The notes beneath the pieces are model-generated. The model saw only the letters and a list, made by a program, of their open reading frames with translations. It searched no databases and was not told the origin of the DNA. A stretch of 64,000 nucleotides of DNA from Octopus sinensis (Eukaryota), in contig NC_043001.1 of the NCBI RefSeq assembly GCF_006345805.1, positions 18,414,001 to 18,478,000 on the forward strand, given 5' to 3'. Shown here piece after piece: positions 1 through 10,500 of this stretch (within the stretch, counting starts at the first letter, position 1; each line of letters opens with the position of its first letter). A program made the position numbers and the translations under genes.

Positions 1-748
1 CAACCACACCCCTTTTATGATAAAACAAAGTCAGTGGGGCCCAATTCTTTAGTTATACCAGATAAAAGACACTGAATAATATAGCCTGGAGTATACTATT
101 CTTGCAAAAGTAAAACAGGATGGTCATAGCTCAAACACTTTTGTTCATAGATCTGCCTGATTAAAGCTGACTTGGGTCTAAACATCAGAAGCTACAACTC
201 ATCAAAAATAATTGAAATTTTATTAAGCATTGGTAAGTATTGCATTCTTCTTTCTACTCTCTTCAGCAAGACGTCCACCATACTTAAGTCTCTCATTACT
301 TTGCATAAAGCCACCTCCCTCAAAACTACTCTGCCCTCAGTTGAGGGGGTTGAGTCTGGCAAGTTACTTAGTGACCTCACTGATGCTGGTACCACCCAGA
401 ATACTCTGTAAAGGGGTTGGTGTAAGGAAGGGTATGCAGCCACAGAAACAATACCAAAGTAGATATTGGAGTTTGATGCAGCCTAGTGGTTTGCCAGTTC
501 CTATTGAATTGTCCAACCCATGCCAGCATGGAAAGTGGATGTTAAATGATGATGTCGATGATGATGAGCTCAAGTTTAAATACTCACTGCATTAAAAATG
601 ATAATACTAACTCAACTAATGTCTAAAAAGAACCAAGAAATCAGAGATAAACAGCAGCAGGAAAGGATCAAATATGAATATATTAAAAAAAAAAGAAGAA
701 AAAAACGAAAAATTACAGAAATATATTTTAAAATTAAAGATTACAAAC

Positions 749-951
749 CCAGGAATTTTGTGGGTCATTCCATTTGTTGAAGTTCCTCCTGCCACATTAC
801 CTTTGGCATCAACAACAATCATACCAATGGTGTCATGGTTGGATTCGGAGATATCAGGTGAACTTTGTGGGTCATGAAATTTGTAAAGAAGGTTGCCACG
901 ATTGGCAGGTTTGTAAGGTCCACAGTGTTTTCTAGGGTCTGGTTCAACATC
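749..951 (-). CDS. AGA: AGA-A exon 5 ([15 protein letters not shown]...[31 protein letters not shown])
   Basis: Acceptor ttcttcaacag, donor gtttgt, 203 nt; contains the catalytic Asp-Thr cleavage site. Confidence 0.95.
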
Positions 952-3900
952 CTGTTGAAGAAATATAATGGTAATTCATAACTATAGCCATGGATAGTTG
1001 TTTCCCGATCTGGGGTGCTAGCCCCCAAGTGGGACCCCTAAATTTATTTCAGGGTGTGCTTGGAATTCAAATCAAACCTTATCTGTATTTAAATGCCTTT
1101 ATGGAATATTTAAGGGGTAGAGTTGGCCAATGTGAAAGGACATCTAAGTGGGTGCTGGACTAACAAAGGTTAGGAGACAATGTGATAGATTTCCATTTTA
1201 ATTATACATATATGGTGTAGGAGTGGCTGTGTGGTAAGTAGGTTGCTTACCAACCACATGGCTCTGGGTTCAGTCCCACTGCGTGGCACCTTGGGCAAGT
1301 GTCCTCTACTATAGCCTTGGGCCGACCAAAGCCTTGTGAGTGGATTTGGTAGACGGAAACTCAAAGAAGCCCATCGTATATATGTATATATATATCACCA
1401 TCATCAATTAACGCCTGTTTTCCATGCTGGGGCATGGATTGGACAGTTTCACTGGTACTGGCAAGCTGGAGGGCTGCACTAGGTTTCAGTCTTTGCTTTG
1501 ATAAGGTTTCTTTACCTGTTTTGGGTTCAGTTCCACTGTATGGAACAGAACCCGAAACCTTGTGGTTGGGAAGCAAACCACTTAACAAACAGCCATGTAT
1601 ATTTTTTTTTAAAGAGCATTGACATTAGGAATGAAGCTATTTGCTATGTAATACATGATCTAAGACACTTACTTTCCAGTAGTTTGGTTGGCATTTACCT
1701 GAACGCCACTTCTTCCATACTGCTATTGATTTATTTGTATGCAAATCTGATTCCTTAAAGCCCATCTGAAGAGCAAATTTCGTGGCTGCAACAAAAGCAG
1801 ATTAAACAATTATAATTCCTGTTTTAATTAATTGTAATGGACAAAGTATATATATAAAATATAATTTGTTATTCTGTTGTGTCTGGGGAGAGTCATTCTC
1901 TTTTAGTGTCTTCTTATTTAACACACTCACCGGTAAAATTTCCACTTTGCAGCCTTTTCAATAGTCTTGACTCTTGAGAGTCTTGACTCTTGAGAGTCAA
2001 GACTATTTTACCGAAAATTTTACCGGTGAGTGTGTTAAATAAGAAGACACTGAAAGAGAATGACTCTCCCCAGACACAACAGAATATGCTTCAACACACG
2101 AACTCACATAAAGAATCTTGCAAACCAAATCCCAAAACGAAACATAATTTGTTATAACAGTTTAAAAAAGGAGAGTTTTAATCAAATTTTCAGTTGTTTC
2201 TTGGGTCTGTCATTCTCTCCCCTTCACATCCATGAAATTCAGCAATTTCTCACAACATGTTCAAGCCTGTTTCTTCTCACAACCAGTAAGAGTAAGTATG
2301 CTGTTATCTTTCAACACACAATTTTCCCCAGCAACGTTTTCATTGACATTGACATACGGCTTTGTAATGTAAAACACATCCCACCCCTGATCCTCACACA
2401 GCAGAACATTGGAAAACTCCTTACTTTGGGTTTGTTTTTCAAGCTACACATACCTAGTTCTATGCCTCTCTTCTGGTTACTTGCAAATATTTCCAGCTAC
2501 TTGATCCATCCATCCTTCCATCCATTTTCTCTAACCACTATTCATGGGAGGGTTGTGGGGTGTAGAGTCTCCAGACACTTCTTCCTTAGGATCCTATAAG
2601 AGGATCTTGTCGGTTTGAACGGCAGATTTTTCTAGCAGTGTCATATGAAATTGTCACCCATAATTATGACCCTAGTATCGATCTATTGCATTTCAATCTG
2701 TTTTAGGGTTAGGGTTAGGGGTGGGGGGAAGGGTATCTTTTCTTCTTCACAAATGTAAATAAACCCAATCTGTTTCTTAAACGAGGGACATATTCATACG
2801 GCACAGAATGTTTTTTTACCTCAATAGACGTCACTGATTGGTTGAAATTGCAGAAATTGAAGAAAAAAAAACCAACTAATATCTTACAAACTATAGAATT
2901 TTCTCAATAAAGCCAAGAGAAAAAGATGTTTTATAAACACATTCTACCAGTATACGAAGTTTAAAATTTTTTAGTTACCTAGAAATTATGTTAAAAACTG
3001 CCGTTCAAACCGAAAAGATCCCTATAAGATGCTATTGTCATTACACTTTCAGGCTAGATTAACAAGTGTTACCAGCTGAGACTATGGATATTAGCCAACC
3101 ATCTTCTTTTAGTCAACCCCTGCATCTCCTGCCAGTTGGCTCAGCTTGCTGAACCCATTTTGTGATTCTTCCTTGTGACATTCTAATCACATGTCCAAAG
3201 TGACCTCTCAATGTGGAGAAGTAGGGGCTTGACCTGGAGAGAATCCCTGACCTGTCAGTTGTGCGCCCCTGTCAAGAGATCTTGATATTGTTCCCAAGTT
3301 AAATCATAACAAATGGATTTTTTAAAGGAAAAAACAAAATAAGCCTGTGATGATTGACCACAGTAAATATCAACCCTCACATTTCCAGCTGACCAAACGG
3401 TTTGATTACTATTCTTATTTCTTTATGTCCACAAGGGGACAAATGAGGACAGACAAAGGGATTAAGTCGATTACATCAACCCCAGTGCATAACTGGTACT
3501 TTTTTTAATTGACCCTGAAAGGATGAAAGGCAAAGTTGACCTCGGCGGAATTTGAACTCAGAACGTAAAGACAGATGAAATACCTATTTCTTTACTACCC
3601 ACAAGGGGCTAAATACAGAGGGGACAAACAAGGACAGACAAACGGATTAAGTCGATTACATCGATCCCTGTGTGTAACTGGTACTTAATTTATCGACCCC
3701 GAAAGGATGAAAGGCAAAGTTGACCTCGGCGGAATTTGAACTCGGAACGTAAAGACAGATGAAATACCTATTTCTTTACTACCCACAAGGGGCTAAACAC
3801 AGAGGGGACAAACAAGGTCAGACAAACGGATTAAGTCGATTACATCGATCCCTGTGCATAGCTGGTACTTAATTTATCGACCCCGAAAGGATGAAAGGTA

Positions 3901-6011
3901 AAGTCGACCTCGGCGGAATTTGAACTCAGAACGTAAAGACAGACGAAATACCACCAAGCATTTTGTCTGGCATGCTAACGTTTCTGCCACCTCGCCGCTC
4001 AGTTTGATTACTATTGTAGTAGAAAGTCCCAATCACTTTTGCTACCAAAGTATTCTTTATTTGTGAAAATTATTGATTGAATATTAAGTGTGAATAAGTC
4101 TATAAATACACAAATGCTTTACTTGGTATATATTTTCAAAATATGTTGTTAATCTTCAAGATAGGTAAACAAACAAGTTAGTAGTATTTGGAAAAATCTT
4201 TAATCATAAGTCTCCTAAATCAATGCTAACATTCACTGAATAACAGAAACAAAAACCAGGCCAACCATTGTAATATTATTAATACAAAATATCTGCAGTT
4301 CTATATTTAAGAGATGAGGAATTATGTACATTATTTACATTCGACAGATGTTTGTCCTCATCTTGTTTGTTGTTAATGCAACGTTTTGGCCATATGCCCA
4401 GAGGCATATGGTGTAGTGGTTAAGAGCGCGGGCTACTAGCCCCAAGATTCTGAGTTCGATTCCAAGCAGTGACCTGAATAATAATAACAATAATAATAAT
4501 AATAATAATAATGATGATGATGATAACAACACCAAAAAATACCTTAGGAATGAGAATCCAGGTTCGAAATTTCCCCAAGACACCTGCAGAAGGCTGGAGG
4601 GTATGTCAGCCAAAACATTGTGTTAACAACAAACAAGATGAGGACAAATATCCGTCAAATGTAAATATTGTAAATAATGTATAAAATATCTGATGAACAA
4701 AGAACAACACTGATTCTTAATTTAGTAATTTTACCTGCATCTCCAACGAGCAGTGTATGCTCAGTATATTTCATCACTGCACGGGCCACAGATATTGCTG
4801 ACTTGACCCTTTTCAGGCCACCAACTGCTCCAACAGAATGAGTGATTCTACAAAATTGATAAAAACATATAAACTAATTGTGCATTTATAAAAAGGCATG
4901 GTTTTATGATTAAGAAGTTCATTTCTTATGGTTAAGAATTTCATTTTGCTCCAGGTCTATTGCATGGCACAGTACCTTGGCCAGAGAAGTGGTTTTGAAC
5001 CATTTTTTTTTCATATATAAATCCCTTTGATTTTTTTTTTTAGTCTGGTGGACCCCGTAGCCAATAGAATATGGTAGGGTCAACAAAACTTTTATGGATA
5101 CTTCTTTCAAAATTTCTATTTTGTCTATCACACATTTTTTTGTGTAGACTGGACTATGTAAAATGTTAAAGAAAGAAATGTAGCTGTTTCTTGAGATAAA
5201 TACATCATCATCATCATCATTGTTTAACATCTGCTTTCCATGCTAGCATGGGTTGGACGATTTGACTGAGGACTGGTGAACCAGATGGCTGCACCAGGCA
5301 GAATCGGATCTGGCAGAGTTTCTACAGCTCGATGCCCTTCCTAATGCCAACCACTCCGAGAGTGTAGTGGGTGCTTTTACGTGCCACCAGCACGAGGGCC
5401 AGTCAGGCGGTACTGGCAATGGCCACGCTTAAATGGTGTTTTTTATGTGCCACCTGCACAAGAGCCAGTCCAGTGGCACTGACAACGACCTCACTCAAAT
5501 GTTTTTTCATGTGCCACCGCTGGTAATGACCACGCTCAAATGGTGCTTTTTATGTGCCACCTGCACGAAATACATCTAAAGCAAAATTTGTTTATGGATC
5601 ATATAAGGACCACAGGGGCTCATACGGACCTTGGGTAGAACCAATGAGTTACAGCGTTTCAACAAGGATTCAGGTTGTCTAATACATTGTGAGTGAAATT
5701 TAGTAAACAGAAAACATGCAGAATCCCACTATACACGTATTTGTGTGTGTTTATCAGCCACAAGTTTGCTGGTATATCAGTGGCAAGTACACAAAATTAC
5801 TTTGAGGTACTCTGTGAGTTATGTCCATTAATGCTGAGGTTATGGAGACGACATAAAAATAAAAAAACAAAAGAGCCCTCTATTACCACAAACAAGTATC
5901 TGTTTTTAACATGGACCACACACTCTTGTTAATTCCATTAGTCATGACCAGACATAGACACTCTCTTAACTCTTACACCATGTAGCTCAGTGACACATCC
6001 AGGTTGTGACA

Positions 6012-6077
<66 letters not shown>

Positions 6078-7555
6078 TGCACCTGTCCTTGATTGGCACA
6101 CAAAAAGAGCTGCTTTCTTCAATGGCACATGTTATCCAGTCTGGAAACTGAACCCACAACCTTATGACTGTGAGTAAAATATGCTAACTACTAGGCTATG
6201 ATTAGTACTAATTCTACCATTGGACTGTTGAACACCAATCACTACAGAGTCCATAACTAATCATTATATATCTAAATGGTGACATAATCTGATCCAAAAA
6301 AAATTATTTGATTTCTTGCCACACAGAATAAATTGCTCATTAATTTCCACTCATTTCCATTTTCATTGAGAAACCTGAATTTATTTTATAAATTTACATT
6401 CCAAAATTCACCAGAGTTTGGTTCTTAGCCTCCTTTTATTTATCATGGTCCTTCAAGCTATAACTGAGAAAGCCTTTGATAGGGACCCCACTCCCTTATC
6501 TAACGGGCAATGCAAAAACTAAGGATAGATGAGTGGTGAGTGAAAGATGTACAAGCCATGTTCAGGGATGCTGTCAGTAAGGTGAGAGTCACAATTGAAT
6601 ATAGAAAGGAGTTTATTGTACAAGTAGGCATTCACCAGGGTTTGGTTCTTAGCCTCCTTTTATTTATCATGGTCCTTCAAGCTATAACTGAGGAATTTAA
6701 GACTGGCTGCCCCTAGGAGCTCCTCTATGCTGATTACATTGTTCTTATTGCTGAATCACTACCAGAACTAGAGAAGAAATTTCAGGTGTGGAAGCAAGGT
6801 CTGGAATTTTATAAATTTATATTCCAAAATTCCACTTCCATTGACTACCAACTGATACTGAAGACTCTGTAAAGTTGTCAGATCTGCTTCAAATAGCAAT
6901 CAAATCTCCCTCAAATCACACCTTAATTGTCATATTGAAAATGGCACAGATACATTGGATAATGCATCTCTGGATAAGGTAAAAGACCCCTTTCGGTCGT
7001 GAATGACTATGGAATTGCACCAATAAAGTTCCCCTCTGAGGTACATGTTCAGACTGTGACATATTGAGATGAATTGCATGGGGTGGCATGTAACAATCTG
7101 TAATTATCACACACATGACGATCAATACGAAATCTTATGTATGGGATGAATATTTAAGTTCCAGTTTGTTTATACATGGAACAAATGATATTATCAACAC
7201 TGATGCATCAACATCAAAATGAAAATCAATGGAAATTGTAGTTGTGATACCCGTGCTGGTGGCACGTAAAAAGCACCATCTGAATGTGGCCGATGCCAGT
7301 GCTGCCTTGACTGGCTTACATGCCGGTGGCATGTAAAAAGCACCAAACAATCGTGGCCATTGCCAGCCTCCTCTGGCCCCTGTGCTGGTGGCACATAAAA
7401 AGCACCCACTACACTCATGGAATGGTTGGCGTTATGAAGGGCATCCAGCTGTAGAAACTCTGCCGGATCAGACTGGAGCCTGGTGCAGCCTCCTGGCTTC
7501 CCAGACCCCAGTTGAACCATCCAACCCATGCTAGCATGGAAATCGGACGTTAAAC

Positions 7556-7588
<33 letters not shown>

Positions 7589-10500
7589 ACATAGAAAGGA
7601 ATATTAGTTGAAATATAAAGCATGTTACCCATCCATTATCATTGCATCGAGAGTTGTTTCTCCATTTTCATCAGGTGATCCACCATATCCAACACTTGAG
7701 CCACATTGTCGATACACGTCACACATGGAGCATCCTTGCTCAACAGCATCTAAAGCAGATCTTCCTTTATTGTTGATCACACTCCAAGCTTTAAAACAGA
7801 TTAAAAAAAAACAAAAGAAAACAAAACTGAGAGAAAGGGTCATTGCAGTTGTCTTCTAGCAACACTCCCAACAGACATTACAGTTACCCCCTGTCATCAC
7901 TTCTCACTGAATAGACATCCGAGATACTTACCGCTATCATTACCCACACATCCCAATCTGTTACCTCCCCCAACCCTTCATCAGCCCTTCATGGTTTGGT
8001 CATACTCTTTGTCATTAATAGGGTGCATCCATTTATGATGTAGCTGTAACCAAGCACTTCCTGAGGTGGCATAAACAGCAAAATAGGTAGCTATAAGTGT
8101 TGATTAGTACAATCAAGTTAGATCTTGAATCAATATATCATCATCATCATCGTTTAATGTCCGCTTTCCATGGGTTGGAAGATTTGACTGAGAACTGGCT
8201 TCACCAGGTGGCTTCACCAGGTGGCTTCACCAGGTGGCTTCACCAGGTGGCTTCACCAGGTGGCTTCACCAGGCTCCAATCTTGATCTGGCAGAGTTTCT
8301 ACAGCTGGATGCTCTTCCTAACGCCAACCACTCTGAGAGTATAGTGGGTGCTTTTACGTGCCACTGGCACGAGGGCCAGTCAGGTGGTACTGGTAATGGC
8401 CACGCTCAAATGGTGTTTTTTATGTGCCACCTGCACAGGAGCCAGTCCAGCAGCACTGGCAACAACCTCACTCGAAAGTTTTTCATGTGCCAGTAAGGCG
8501 ACTCTGGTAACGATCATGCTCGAATAGTGCTTTTTACGTATGAAGGGGTGCGGAAAAGTTCCTGGTTTTAAGGGTATTGTGGAAGCCTAGTTGGAGGCCC
8601 GACCTTTTTAGTCCTTTAACAGGGCTTAGAAAAACTTAAGTACCCCTGCAATAAGTGTGTGAATCTGAGAGGGGAATATGTTGAATAAAATCAAAATTAA
8701 CTGGTCGTCCTGTATTTTCTTTTACCCTGGTTTTAAGGGTTTCGTGGGAGCCTAGTTGGAGGCCCAACATTCCAAGTTCTTTTACAGGAATTAGAAAAAT
8801 TTTAAGGACCATTGCAATAAGTGTGTGAATCCGAGAGGGGATTATGTTGAATAAAATCATAATTAACTGATCCTTTTGTATTTTCTTTTGCCCAAAGTCA
8901 GGTATTTTTCCCCACCCCCTTATATGTCTAGTTCTGGAATATAACTGGTTGACGATCTCGTGTGTTAAAAGTCTGTGATAGTTGAGTCCTGGACGGTTTC
9001 TGTTTCTGATACTGTGGATTTCACAAGCTACAGCCATCTCAATTCATCACAGATAAGCATGGAAATAAGTAAATAGAAACCAAGATTGAAACAAATAGAT
9101 TCAAAGTAACACCAGCTAAACCCTTTATCTCCTTCACCAACCAACCAACCAACCAACCAACCAACCAACCAACCAACCAACCAACCAGCCACACCAAACA
9201 ACATAAAATACAACGAACCATCACATGACACAACATAAACATGTTACACATACGCAAATACAGAAAGTAGGTTTAAATGAATGTTTTGCTTTCTGCACCT
9301 AAATCTCCTCTGAGTTCAGTAACCTCATTCTATCTTCAGCTTCCCTCTCACTTCCCCCTCACCCACTTCTCTTCCCATTTCCACCATTTTCCTTCTTTTT
9401 TTCACTCAATTTCTTTCTCCTCCAGCCTCTTGTTTACAAATGAAACTCTCATTATCTCGTGCCCTTCATCTGGTGCAGTCATTTCCTCCAACATGGCAGA
9501 TGTAAAACTTAGCTGTCTTTCTTTTATTTTCTTTCTATCCTCTTCATCCTGAAGAAGGATTCTGACTGAAATGTAGAATATACTCCAATCTCCATAGTAA
9601 TTTCACTTTATTCTTCTTGTCATTTTTCTACCTAATATCAAATGCTATATTAGATGTGCCATGGATAATGCCCATCTTATCGAGACCTCCAATATCTTCA
9701 CAAGATGTAAAGATTACAATTTAGCAAAATCCAGAATTTCACAGGGTGCAGACAGAAAACCACATTACACAATGAGACAAAAATATACAAAATGAAGAAG
9801 GATTCTTACAAAATGTAAGACAACTTTTACAGATGAAAAACTCAGTTTTTTCCCCAAACTTCATAGACCCTACCACTATCATAGCATCACTATGATATTG
9901 TGCCAAGGACACTTTCCTTCCCACTCAGTCCACACAAAAGACAAACAATAAAACAAACACACATGAAAGTAACAGGGGTATCAGTAATCTATTTAGCCAC
10001 AAACGCTGTGCTGGAATGTACAACACCAGGGATAAATGAAAAGGAGCAACAAAAACTAAGTGGCATATTGGCTGAGTTGTTCGAGCATCTGATAGAAAAC
10101 CTCAAGGTATTTGAAGGTGGCAAGCTGGCAGAAACGTTAACATGCCGGGCGAAATGCGTAGCCGTATTTCATCTGCCGTTAATTCCGAGTTCAAATTCCG
10201 CCCAGGTCGACTTTGCTTTTCATCCTTTCGGGGTTGATAAATAAAGTACCAGTTACACACTGGGATCGATGTTATCGACTTAATCCGTTTGTCTGTCCTT
10301 GTTTGTCCTCTCTGTGTTTAGCCCCTTGTGGGTAGTAAAGAAATAGGTATTTCGTCTGCTGTTACGTTCCGAGTTCAAATTCTGCCGAGGTCGACTTAGC
10401 CTTTCATCCTTTCGGGGGTCAATTAAATAAGTACCAGTTACGCACTGGGGTTGATATAATCGACTTAATCCGTTCGTCTGCCCTTGTTTGTCCCCTCCGT

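Noticed and set aside
2060-2599. 179-aa plus-strand ORF
   Set aside because: It begins in a foldback arm and runs antisense over LINE-like debris; it has no recognisable domain or splice context.
2702-2732. TTAGGG repeats as a telomere or interstitial telomere
   Set aside because: There are only three units, and they are internal to a MITE present in several copies.
3412-3998. Regularly repeated units resembling a repeat-spacer array
   Set aside because: These are head-to-tail SINE copies without unique spacers in a eukaryotic intron, so not CRISPR.
4403-4480. tRNA-like sequences here and at about 13610-13680, 24930-25005 and 46888-46960
   Set aside because: They have A and B boxes but no complete cloverleaf, and they continue into SINE bodies, so they are SINE heads rather than tRNA genes.
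7194-7592. Recurrent ORFs containing [24 protein letters not shown] or [10 protein letters not shown]
   Set aside because: These are chance frames in high-copy SINEs and are inconsistently interrupted between copies.
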